Positions 38,846 to 48,119 of a stretch of DNA of 64,000 nt are shown one piece after another; the first letter of the stretch is position 1, and every line of letters begins with the position of its first letter. Source of the DNA: Patescibacteria group bacterium (GTDB taxonomy: Bacteria; Patescibacteriota; Microgenomatia; UBA1400; PJMF01); NCBI GenBank assembly GCA_049322655.1, contig JBMORP010000006.1:128410-192409 (forward strand), given 5' to 3'. A program made the position numbers and the translations under genes. The notes beneath the pieces are model-generated. The model did no database searches. It had not been told where the DNA came from and saw nothing but the letters and a program-made list of their open reading frames with translations.

Positions 38846-39775
38846 TTAAACAATTGCCTGCTTACCAAATCTCATTAAAAAGAAATCCAAAACCCCTTTT
38901 CTTTCAGCATCACTCCCATGAAAAAAAGTGTTCACTGCAAATCTAAGCGCTGTTAGTTTATTTCTCCAACTACCATAGCGCATTGAAATTAAGATTCGAT
39001 TTCTGGTTTGGTAATATTGTTGTAATTTGGAACCAGCTCCACCAGCTACCGAGCCACCATTCATGTGCCAAACAATTGATTCCGGCACAAAAATAATTTT
39101 ATAACCAGCTTTAATTGCCTTCAGACTAAAATCAACATCTTCTGAATAAAGAAAAAACTTTTTATCCAAAATTCCGATATGTTCAGTGACCACTCTCTTA
39201 ACAAAGAGCGCACAACCAGTAGCAAAATCACATGTCGTTTGATGATCGAATTGACCACGATCAATTTCATCAACTCCCCGATGATAAGCAACTAAATTGT
39301 CCCAATCAATACTCCCACCAGCATACCAAAGCACTTTACCTTTTTCTGATCTAGCATAACTTTTACGGTGGAATTCTAAACCAGGAGTAAAGTAAATTTT
39401 TGAAACAGTAATTCCTGCTTTAGGATCATCTTTAACAGCATCATATAAAGCTTGAATACCATTTTTTTCTACTTCAGCATCTGAATTCAACAAAAAGAAA
39501 TAGTCAGTCTGGTATTTTTTGACTGCATGGCTCATCCCCAAATTATTACCACCAGTAAAACCCAAGTTTGACTCGCTTCTAATTAATTCCACCCCGATTT
39601 TTTTAAGATCAGCCGCTAACTTAAATAGTTCTTTTGAACCATTATCCACCACGATCACTTGGTGTTTAAAACCATCAGCTTTAGCTTCAACAGCTGATCT
39701 AATGGCCAATTCTGTTTCTTTGGGTGTATTGTAATTAACAATAATCGTTGTAACGTGTTCCATAGTGTTTCCCAT
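38846..39775 (-). CDS. Glycosyltransferase family 2
   Basis: VTTIIVNYNTPKETELAIRSAV...VIVVDNGSKE...LLNSDA. Confidence 0.75.
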   Translation of the reverse strand: MGNTMEHVTTIIVNYNTPKETELAIRSAVEAKADGFKHQVIVVDNGSKELFKLAADLKKIGVELIRSESNLGFTGGNNLGMSHAVKKYQTDYFFLLNSDAEVEKNGIQALYDAVKDDPKAGITVSKIYFTPGLEFHRKSYARSEKGKVLWYAGGSIDWDNLVAYHRGVDEIDRGQFDHQTTCDFATGCALFVKRVVTEHIGILDKKFFLYSEDVDFSLKAIKAGYKIIFVPESIVWHMNGGSVAGGAGSKLQQYYQTRNRILISMRYGSWRNKLTALRFAVNTFFHGSDAERKGVLDFFLMRFGKQAIV

Positions 39776-39795
39776 TATACCCTTAGATTAATGAT

Positions 39796-41499
39796 TTATC
39801 TAAAACGTTCATATTGCCAAAACTCGATCTGTTTATCCAATTGATCTTGTTTCAACTGATTAAGCAAAGTAAACCGTTCATGAGTCTTGTTATAATCAGG
39901 TATCTCTTCGCTACCAATCACAAATAACCGATCCTCATATAAAAAGTGTGCTACTTCCCAATCTATTTTTTCAAAATAAATATTATCTAGCCTTTTAACA
40001 TGTCTAAAGCCTTCACTGTCAGGTGGATAGTATTCTATTCTCGTTACTAACGAGTTGGGATCTATTTTGAGGTGAAATAAAAAGTAAATATATGGTGATG
40101 ATTGCTCATCTTGAATGATAATTTTGTCATAATTATTTTTTAAGGCATCAACCTGAAATACTAAGGGTTTCATTTGCCAAGACCAACGGCCAGCATCTTG
40201 TTTGGGAAAAATAAAATAATAAGAAATTAAAAATTTATAAATAAAATAAAATAGTCCTATAGTTAGAGCCCATAAAACAATTAGGAAAAGTTTTCTAGAT
40301 AATTTTTCTTTTAAAAAACTAATTATTACTGACCAACCATAGACCGATAAAATTTCAATCGCTATAAAAGCCGGTGAAAATCTCACTGTATGATTGGCTG
40401 TGAAAGTAATCATTGGTGCGACCGCCGCAGTTAACAACCACATTCCTAATAAATTCAGCCCAAACATAGAACCTATAAATATCTGGGTTATTCCTACTAC
40501 CAGACCTAAAAACATTAGAGGATAAAAATTACCAAAGCCTGTAATATTGTGGGCCCCATTGTCTCCACCTTTAACAAACAAAAATTCTGGAGAAACTAAA
40601 GCAAAAAAGTTTTTCACAATTTGGTCAAAAATTGCTACAAATTTATTCAAAACCACCACTAAAAAAGGATGGTTTGGTTGTTCTAACATTAATCTCAGAG
40701 TTGAGACATGAGTTGAATAAGCATTTGGACTGAAAATAGATAAACCACTAAATTTAGTCTTGTTGGCTCCAGTTACTCCACTCAAAACTAAAGTAGTCAA
40801 GACTAATAACAAAGGAAAACAAACTAAGAATATTTTTTTCCTATTAATTCCTTTGAAAAACTTTTTAACAAATTTATGTTCAAAATAAATAAATCCTAGC
40901 AAAAATAGTGGGGTAAAAACTTGATAAGCATGATAACCCAACAGGGTGATTGCCAAACTGAACACAGCTACAACTAACAAACCAATTTTTATTTGTTTAT
41001 TGGTTTCAAAAATATTTTTAACTTTTAATAAACCAAGTAAACCCAAGATAAAAAACAATAATGATAAATGAGCTTCATAAGCTACGTGAGAAAAATGGAT
41101 CTGCCAAGGAGACACTGCTAATAAAAAAGCCGTTCCCAAAGCTAAGTTTTCTCGATTTTTACTTTTACTAAACAAACGCTGAACTAAATAATAACTAGTT
41201 ATCACTAAGCCTATGCCAGCCAACATCGAAGGCAGCCGGACTACCCAAGTTTCCAAACCAAAAACAGCAATAAAAGGCATTAAACTATAAACATAAAGCG
41301 GTAACTTCCAATCACCAAATGACTCAATTTGAATTGGCCAAGCCTGACCATGTTCTTCTCGACCAGTTAATAAAATTGAATAAGCAGTATAACCCAGTGA
41401 AGCTTCATCACGATTTAGTTCAATTGGTACTACCCCCAATTTAAAAACTCGTAAAAAAACCGCTAACAAAATAACTAGATAAAAAAGTTTTTTCTTCAT
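39796..41499 (-). CDS. ArnT/PMT-like GT-C glycosyltransferase
   Basis: NRDEASLGYTAYSILLTGREEHGQAWPIQIESFGDWKLPLYVY; start taken at ATG 41499 (MKKKLF). Confidence 0.7.
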   Translation of the reverse strand: MKKKLFYLVILLAVFLRVFKLGVVPIELNRDEASLGYTAYSILLTGREEHGQAWPIQIESFGDWKLPLYVYSLMPFIAVFGLETWVVRLPSMLAGIGLVITSYYLVQRLFSKSKNRENLALGTAFLLAVSPWQIHFSHVAYEAHLSLLFFILGLLGLLKVKNIFETNKQIKIGLLVVAVFSLAITLLGYHAYQVFTPLFLLGFIYFEHKFVKKFFKGINRKKIFLVCFPLLLVLTTLVLSGVTGANKTKFSGLSIFSPNAYSTHVSTLRLMLEQPNHPFLVVVLNKFVAIFDQIVKNFFALVSPEFLFVKGGDNGAHNITGFGNFYPLMFLGLVVGITQIFIGSMFGLNLLGMWLLTAAVAPMITFTANHTVRFSPAFIAIEILSVYGWSVIISFLKEKLSRKLFLIVLWALTIGLFYFIYKFLISYYFIFPKQDAGRWSWQMKPLVFQVDALKNNYDKIIIQDEQSSPYIYFLFHLKIDPNSLVTRIEYYPPDSEGFRHVKRLDNIYFEKIDWEVAHFLYEDRLFVIGSEEIPDYNKTHERFTLLNQLKQDQLDKQIEFWQYERFR

Positions 41500-41507
41500 T
41501 AAAAATC

Positions 41508-42426
41508 TTAAATTTTTAATTTTCTTCTGAACTGCCAATAAATCCTCACTAAACCTGTTGTGTGTCTCATTTGATAGTCAGCCCACCAATACCGCCAAAT
41601 CCGTTGTACTTTAGCCAAAGTCTGAGCTAATTCTTCTGGGTTTGTTGGTTTGAAACCAGTTTCTCCCCATTGTTTCAAATAAATGATTGCCTCATACATA
41701 GCTTGTAAAAATGATAATGAGCTACCATGAAGTCCCTCCTCAAAACCATTCATCATCAGTGATCTTTTGGCAAATTCATTAGCAAAAATCTCAAACATTT
41801 CATCAGTTGAAAAATTATTTTTGGAGGTAACTGCCAAACGTTCTTTGGCTTGAATAGAGGTATAGTGATTTAACTTAGTTAAAAAATGAGCAATATCTGT
41901 GTAGTTAGCATGCTCAATGGCATATTTTTCTTCTGCAGGAAATTTTTCTTGGATACCAGTCATATCTGGCAAACGATGAACACCCACCTGCCAAGAAACA
42001 GTACCTTTTCTAAATAACCTGGGCTGGTAATCTGGCCACCAACCAGTTTTCATAATCCATTTACCAAAAACAAAGTTTTTCCTTGGCAAATGATAGATAT
42101 CAGCACTAGCTGAATCATGAATGGTTTGTAAAATTATTTCTTTTAATTCTGTTGAAATAACTTCGTCTGCATCCACAACCAGAATCCAAGGATGACTGGC
42201 TTTAGCAATCGCGAAGTTTCTAGCAGGATCAGCGTAACCCATATCTTCATGGTGATAAATCTCGGCTTGGTATTTTTTGGCAATTGCTAAAGTCTCATCA
42301 GAGCTTTCCATATCAACAACCACAATTTCATCGGCGAACTGCACCGATTTTAGAGTTTTTTCCAACGTGTCAGCCACATTTTTGGTATGAATCAGCACAG
42401 ATAGTTTCGACATGATTGTCTGCATT
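41508..42426 (-). CDS. Glycosyltransferase family 2 (related to the WELQQ-tail subfamily)
   Basis: LSVLIHTKNVADTLEKTLKSVQFADEIVVVDMESSDET...VVDADEV; start taken at ATG 42426 (MQTIM); the in-frame TTG at 42440 is less likely. Confidence 0.7.
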
Positions 42427-42434
42427 GTACCTGC

Positions 42435-42447
42435 TGGCAAAGCCAGT
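42435..42447. promoter_or_regulatory. Perfect inverted repeat CTGGC-AAA-GCCAG in the roughly 30-bp divergent junction between the minus-strand array and the plus-strand gene
   Basis: Read directly; lies 9 nt upstream of the ATG at 42426 (minus) and 13 nt upstream of the TTG at 42460 (plus). Confidence 0.25.
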
Positions 42448-42459
42448 TACAATTACTTT

Positions 42460-44513
42460 TGGTGAACAATTTTTATAGTTTTCTCGACTGGCAATTTTGG
42501 TTATATGGGTGGTGGTTTTTGCTTGCCTTTACTATTTCAGTCATTCCTGCTGGGTGGTTATTAGTGAAACAAACTCAATTAAAGAATATTTATAAAATAT
42601 TGCTCACCCCTGTCTTTGGCATGGTCGCTTGGACCCTCCAAGGCTATATTTTTGGGTTTTTTAATTTAAGATTTTTAAGTTTTTTTTATTTGGGCTTTTC
42701 TCTTTATTATTTTTTTAAATTATTTTTTTCTGCAAACAAAAACTTTTTTAATTTTGGTGAAAAATTAATCACAACCATTAAAGAAACTTTTAGTTTTTTC
42801 CCCAAAAAAGCTCTTTGGCTGATTGGTCTTGGTTCAATCTTACAACTACTAGCTGTTTTCCCTTCAGGAATAAGATATCCAGCTGGCATCACTTTTTATT
42901 GGCTCAATGCCTATGATGGCATCCTCCATCTAACTTTTATTAAAGAACTGGTTAGACATTTTCCCCCGTATCAACCAGGAGCCTACAATTTATTTGTTAC
43001 CAATTACCATTATTTATCAGATTTATTATTAGCTGAGTTAGTTAGGGTCTGGCATTTGCCGATTAGCCACCTTTTTTTTCATTACTTTCCCCTTTTATTT
43101 ACACCTTTATTGGGAGTGATTACTTATTTACTGGTATTCAAATGGACAAAATCAAAAACCGCCGCTTTCTGGTCCACTTTTTTTCATTATTTTGCCGGAG
43201 ATATGTTCTATGTTTTCTCTTTACTTTTTCATAGCAATCTTGGTAGCCACACCGATACTTTGGATAATGGCATTATTCAGTTGCTCAATATGCCTCAAGC
43301 TTTTGCCAAATTAATTTTTTTGGGTGGGTTAATTTTTTTTGATCAGTGGGTAAAGAAAAAAGATAAAACAAGTGGGGTACTTGCCATTGTTTCTTTAGCC
43401 AGTGTCGTTGGCTTTAAAGTTTATTTTGGGCTAGCTGCAGCTTTGGGCTTGACTCTTTATGTGGGTCTAGAACTCATTAAGGAAATTCCTCAACTAAGCA
43501 AAAACAACTTCTCAACTTGGAAAAAAACTTGGCTGAAACATCAGGAAAAAATTTTCTTCATGTTTTTATTTGCTTTGATCAGTGCAGTAATTTTTTTCCC
43601 AGTTAATAGTCACTCTGGTGGGTTGTTTTGGGCACCACTCGAATGGCCTAAGTTACTCTTAAGTTTTGATAAATTAAACTGGAATGAATGGTGGTTAAGG
43701 TTACAAGTTTATCAAGCTACACAAAACCTTAGAGCTTTGCTAGTGTGGTATAGCTTAGCTGTAGTTATTTTCATTGTGGCCACTTTTGGCACTAGATTGA
43801 TTGGCTTACTATTTCCTAGACATCTATTCGCAAAAATCCAAAGTCATAATTTTATTTTTCTTTATCCCACTATTTTTATCTTTAGTTTTATCGGAATGAA
43901 TTTTTTGCAAAGTTCTGGTCTGCATAACGTTTTTAACTTTTTTGTCGTTGCTTTAAGTTTTTTAACTCTTTTTTCAGGAGTTATCTTGGATCATCCGCTT
44001 CTAAAAAATAATTTTAGGAAAAGCTTGATTTTATTGGTAGTTATTTTCACTCTACCGAGAGTCTTACTTACCAGTTATTTTTATCTGTTTTCAATCTATC
44101 AAGGTTTTGAAAGAAAAATCATTTCTCCAGCTCAAGAAATAGCCCTTAATTATCTAGATAATGCAGAAAAAGTCAGATTAATTCAAACTCACCCCAATAA
44201 CCATTTGGATAATTTTGCGCCTTACACCTACTTATTCACTAAACATTACTCCTACTTTGGTGGCCGAGGCATTTTAGCTAGTCACAATCAACCAATCCAA
44301 AAAAGGCAAGAAGTTGTTAAAAAAATGTTTTCAACAAAAGATTTAAGAACCTTTGAGACTTTAGCTAGAGAAAATGCCATCTCTCATGTTATTTTTGAAA
44401 AGAAAGAAAACGTCCAAACCCCTTTCATCCCACTCAAAAATGCCTGTTTGGAGAATATAGCGATTGTCTTTGAAAACGAAGAAATTTTAATTATTAAAAT
44501 CTTGACTAATTAG
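42460..44513 (+). CDS. Polytopic membrane protein with a C-terminal soluble domain, YfhO-like / GT-C candidate
   Basis: About 14 TM helices; loop WLNAYDGILHLTFIKELVRHFPPYQPG resembles the D-x-H...R loop of 23668-25308 and 49610-51397; the upstream-most codon is TTG, so the true start is uncertain. Confidence 0.35.
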
Positions 44514-44816
44514 TCTTCGTTTTTATGAAACTTTTTTCTCTTTTCAGCCCTCATCGATCTATCTCTTCTTCTTAAATGCCGATCACTATCATGACGTAGT
44601 AAAGATTTAAATAAAATCGTAAGTAAACCTTCCTTACCATATTCACCAATTAACTGTTCATCAGTCTTTTTCTCAAGTAAAGTTCGACTAAGTGATCTTT
44701 TCTCTTTCATAAAAAAACAGATTATAACAAAATTACTCAAAAAACTGAAAAAATATAAAAATACCTGTTTACAAAACTTGAAACTTTGGCTTATTCTAGA
44801 AGAAGGAAGTTTCCTT

Positions 44817-45674
44817 ATGATCAATATTTCTAGTTCTAATCCTCAACCTGCAGTTGCCCCTCCACCTCAAGCTACCTCTCAGCCAAGCCCTGATTTAGCT
44901 ACTCAAACTCCCCAGCAACCAGCCCCTCAAGAAAATAAAAATACTCGCTACTTTATTATTGGTGGCGTTATCTTGGCTATTTTGGCCATCGGTGGTTTGG
45001 CTAGTTTATTTTTAGTTCAAGAACCACAAGAAATTAGACAACAAGCCGCTCAATGTGTCGAACAATGTCCTGGTAATGATGGAGTTCTAAGAAACTGTAC
45101 CCCACCAGAAGATGATGGATCAGCTGCCGAAAGCATCTGTAATGTCAAAGGTAGAGTTGAAGCCTGTGGTGGTAAAAACTACTGTTGTCCTGCTCCTGGT
45201 GGAACTTGGACAACTAACATGACTGCTTGTGCTACTCCTACTCCAGAACCAAGTCCAACTGAAGAGCCTGGTTTATGTTCCTCTGATTCTGTCGCTGATT
45301 GTCGAACTGCTGATCCAGGAGATTATTGTAATAATGGCGCTGGTGAATGTACTGTTAGTGGTTCAAAGGGAGCTGATGGTAAAGATGTCTGTACTTGTGC
45401 CGATGATCCAGAGCCAACTGCAACTCCAACTACTACACCCACAAGCGCACCAACCACTGCTCCAACTACTACGGCGCCTACAAACGCACCAACCACTGCT
45501 CCAACTAATGCACCAACTACTGCTCCAACTACTACTGCTCAAGCTACCACAGTGCCAACTCAACCACCCCTTCCTTCTGAGTTACCAGAAACAGGACCTG
45601 AAGATTGGTTGAAAAATCTCTCTATAGGACTAGGAGCACTCGGTGTTGGTGCCTTACTTTTCCTCTTCTTATAA
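44817..45674 (+). CDS. Secreted or anchored Cys-rich surface protein with a Thr/Pro/Ala-rich linker and a C-terminal LPETG plus hydrophobic segment (sortase-signal-like)
   Basis: ATG at 44817 preceded by GAAGGAAG; N-terminal Pro/Gln-rich region then a 23-aa hydrophobic helix; a 16-Cys domain; PTTAPTTTAPTNAPTTAPTNAPTTAPTTT repeats; ends LPETGPEDWLKNLSIGLGALGVGALLFLFL-stop. Confidence 0.55.
   Translation: MINISSSNPQPAVAPPPQATSQPSPDLATQTPQQPAPQENKNTRYFIIGGVILAILAIGGLASLFLVQEPQEIRQQAAQCVEQCPGNDGVLRNCTPPEDDGSAAESICNVKGRVEACGGKNYCCPAPGGTWTTNMTACATPTPEPSPTEEPGLCSSDSVADCRTADPGDYCNNGAGECTVSGSKGADGKDVCTCADDPEPTATPTTTPTSAPTTAPTTTAPTNAPTTAPTNAPTTAPTTTAQATTVPTQPPLPSELPETGPEDWLKNLSIGLGALGVGALLFLFL
45421..45545 (+). 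repeat. Imperfect tandem repeat of about 27-30 nt (acaa[g/a]cgcaccaaccactgctccaacta...) encoding the (A/N)PTTAPTT linker
   Basis: Direct reading shows three to four near-identical units in head-to-tail order inside the CDS at 44817-45674. Confidence 0.6.
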
Positions 45675-45698
45675 AAACTACTTAAGAAAAGGAAAGCT

Positions 45699-46826
45699 GT
45701 GATTGAAATTTTTAAGGCAAAAAGGATCCAAACCATAATTACCTGGGTAGTTGCTTCGTTAATCACTCTATTGGTTTTCTTCCGCTATCAGACTCAATTT
45801 ACTGAACTAACTGATATGGATATTTATGCAGAAAAATATGCTCATTCGCAATATGTTTTGGGAGAAGGCTCACCACAAAAAATAGATGATGCTTCACTCT
45901 ATATTTATGCTGGGTTTGCCTATGCTAGAGGTGAAGATCCTACTACCATCAATTTTGAGCATCCTCCTTTGACTAAGTATTTACTTGGTTTATCTTACCG
46001 GCTGTTTCATAACTCAGTTGTCTTAAATTTGCCTTTATTCTTCATCTCTTTATTATGTGTTTTCTACTTAACCAAGACTATTACGCAAAACTATTGGTTG
46101 GGTTTGACCGGGATGGTAATTGTTGGTAATTTGCAGATTTTACAAGAGCATGTGTCTCAAGCATTGATGGATTTTCCTCAACTCACTTTAACACTGTTAT
46201 TTTTTTCTGTTTTATTTTCCAAGTTAAAATACAAATACTTACTAACGGGACTCGTCTTAGGTGGATTACTTGCCATCAAATACCAAATTCCAATGATTTT
46301 CTTATACCTTTTTATACTGCTCATCTGGGCTGTTACAGAAAAAAAACTAAAAGATTGGCTGTTAGCTTTACCCATTATGTTGGGGGTATATTTAATCAAC
46401 TACCTTGTTTACTTTATGAATGGTCACGATTTAATTGACTTTATTAAGTTTGAGTGGTTCCGTTTTCGTTGGTTTACTGGAGACAGAACTATGCCCAAGT
46501 TTTTGATTTGGCAAACCTTATTCACCGGATCTTTTAAAGCTTGGTGGGCTGCTGAGACATACCTAAAAGAACCTAGCTGGAGCATTTTTTGGCCAGTGAG
46601 CTTTGTCACTCATCTTTTTTCATTAGCTTTTTGGCAAAAATTCGATAAAAAAATCTTAACTTTAGTTTTTTATGCTACCGCAACACTCATCGTCTTCTCG
46701 GTTGGTTCAGCTGCTTATGCCAGGTATCTGCTCCAGTTATTACCTTTTTGGATCATCATTAGTATCTGGTTTATTCAAAGAAGCTACCTAACTTTGGGCA
46801 TGTTTTCTGCAAAAAATTCTGCCTGA
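45699..46826 (+). CDS. PMT_2-like (GT39-like) membrane glycosyltransferase, short form
   Basis: GTG start after AAGGAAAG; loop IDDASLYIYAGFAYARGEDPTTINFEHPPLTKYLLGLS carries the HPPL-K signature of the protein-mannosyltransferase family; about 9 TM helices. Confidence 0.5.
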   Translation: MIEIFKAKRIQTIITWVVASLITLLVFFRYQTQFTELTDMDIYAEKYAHSQYVLGEGSPQKIDDASLYIYAGFAYARGEDPTTINFEHPPLTKYLLGLSYRLFHNSVVLNLPLFFISLLCVFYLTKTITQNYWLGLTGMVIVGNLQILQEHVSQALMDFPQLTLTLLFFSVLFSKLKYKYLLTGLVLGGLLAIKYQIPMIFLYLFILLIWAVTEKKLKDWLLALPIMLGVYLINYLVYFMNGHDLIDFIKFEWFRFRWFTGDRTMPKFLIWQTLFTGSFKAWWAAETYLKEPSWSIFWPVSFVTHLFSLAFWQKFDKKILTLVFYATATLIVFSVGSAAYARYLLQLLPFWIIISIWFIQRSYLTLGMFSAKNSA

Positions 46827-48118
46827 TCCCAATAGCTTTGCTGATCAAAAGTTAAGGTTACTATCACATTAGTAATGATCAATAAACCCAAAATCAAAAT
46901 GTAAGTGAGTTTGGCTAGTTTTTTAAAATTCAAGCTTTGAAATAACACAGGCACAAAACCCAACGAAATAACCCCTCTCAATTGCCATAAAGATAATTCT
47001 AAACCACTCACTAAGTTGAAAAGTGGCAACAGTAGTAACCACTGCAAACCAGCTAGCAAAAACAAATTTTTTTCCAAAATAAGCTTAATTAATTCAACAA
47101 GACTAATAATTAAAAGTGGCCAAAGTAAATAATCATACCAACCATGAAAAGTCGTTGCTCCAACTGTAAACAAAATAAAAACTAGGTTTAATAATACGGC
47201 TATTTTTAAAAATAAATATTTTTTATCCTCACGCCCAAACAATAAAATTGCTGCAAATAAACCCAAAATTTTCCAGCCATCAAAAAGCAGGTGTCTAATA
47301 ACAGTCGGATGTAAAAACAACCGATTTTGCAGGGTTACCAGGCCCAGATCTCGATTTGATTGAGCAGAAAGTAGTTGTAAAAACAAAGGAAAATCATAAA
47401 TAGCTCCATAAACCACAAACAAGCCGGTTCCTAATAATAAACTACCTAAACTAACTCTAAATAATCGCCAATTTCTTTCCATAAAAGCTACCGCTAACAC
47501 TGAAAGTGGTATTACCAAGCCAGCGGCTTTGGTTAAAATCGAGGCTGCACCCACCCAAAAAATTACTTGCCAACTCCATTTTTTATCTAAATTTAATAAA
47601 GCCCAAAAACTCAAAATTAACCACGTTACTAATAAGTTTTCAGCTACCACCAACCGACTGCCAAAAATTAGAGTTGGAATAGTCATAAACAACAGCGTCG
47701 CTAAAACAACCCAAGTCTTTTTTTTGAAAAATTTAGTAGCCAATAACCAAAATAAGCCAACATTAATCGCGCCCAAAAACACCATTGGCAATCTAATTAA
47801 CTTAGCTGAAGGTAAATCTAACCAATGATTTTTGAGTGAGTGAGCCAAGCCTGGCAATAAAGAAAAAAGCGGTGGATGATCAAAGACCGGTCTAACAATC
47901 GGCGCATCATAAACTCCAGTTCGGTAAACATAACCATTCTGATAGGCTGGGAAGTAGGACCAAGAAGCTGGCCATCTTTCTTGAATTAAACTAGCTCCTA
48001 AGTGTGTCCAGGCCCCTTCATCAGCTGTTTCACCAAAAACTGGGAACAAATAATAATCATTAAACCTTAATAAAAAACCACCAATTATCACAAGTAAACC
48101 AATTAAAAGTTTTTTCAT
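46784..48118 (-). CDS. PMT_2-like (GT39-like) membrane glycosyltransferase
   Basis: ETADEGAWTHLGASL (DE motif) ...YDAPIVRPVFDHPPLFSLLPG (HPPL); start at ATG 48118 (MKKLLIG); multi-TM. Confidence 0.5.
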   Translation of the reverse strand: MKKLLIGLLVIIGGFLLRFNDYYLFPVFGETADEGAWTHLGASLIQERWPASWSYFPAYQNGYVYRTGVYDAPIVRPVFDHPPLFSLLPGLAHSLKNHWLDLPSAKLIRLPMVFLGAINVGLFWLLATKFFKKKTWVVLATLLFMTIPTLIFGSRLVVAENLLVTWLILSFWALLNLDKKWSWQVIFWVGAASILTKAAGLVIPLSVLAVAFMERNWRLFRVSLGSLLLGTGLFVVYGAIYDFPLFLQLLSAQSNRDLGLVTLQNRLFLHPTVIRHLLFDGWKILGLFAAILLFGREDKKYLFLKIAVLLNLVFILFTVGATTFHGWYDYLLWPLLIISLVELIKLILEKNLFLLAGLQWLLLLPLFNLVSGLELSLWQLRGVISLGFVPVLFQSLNFKKLAKLTYILILGLLIITNVIVTLTFDQQSYWDQAEFFAENMPKVR

Positions 48119-48119
48119 T

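Noticed and set aside
44510-44824. 104-aa minus-strand ORF from the ORF track
   Set aside because: The N-terminal 38 residues are hydrophobic junk overlapping the SD and promoter region of the plus-strand gene. There is no SD. Only an internal 66-aa basic peptide is conceivable. It is kept as a note in the findings, not called as a gene.
45229-45612. Alternative-frame ORFs over the Thr/Pro repeat (45229-45612 plus strand; 45363-45563 minus strand)
   Set aside because: They are frame artefacts of the in-frame tandem repeat in the 44817-45674 CDS. The Leu/Gln-rich and Ser/Trp/Cys-rich translations are typical of repeat shadow frames.
44817-45674. Interpreting the N-terminal hydrophobic helix of the surface protein as a type IV pilin / pseudopilin leader
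   Set aside because: There is no G-F/M-x-x-x-E class III signal around the helix start (the sequence is NTRYFIIGGVILAILAIGG). The 45-residue Pro/Gln-rich pre-region is unlike prepilin leaders.
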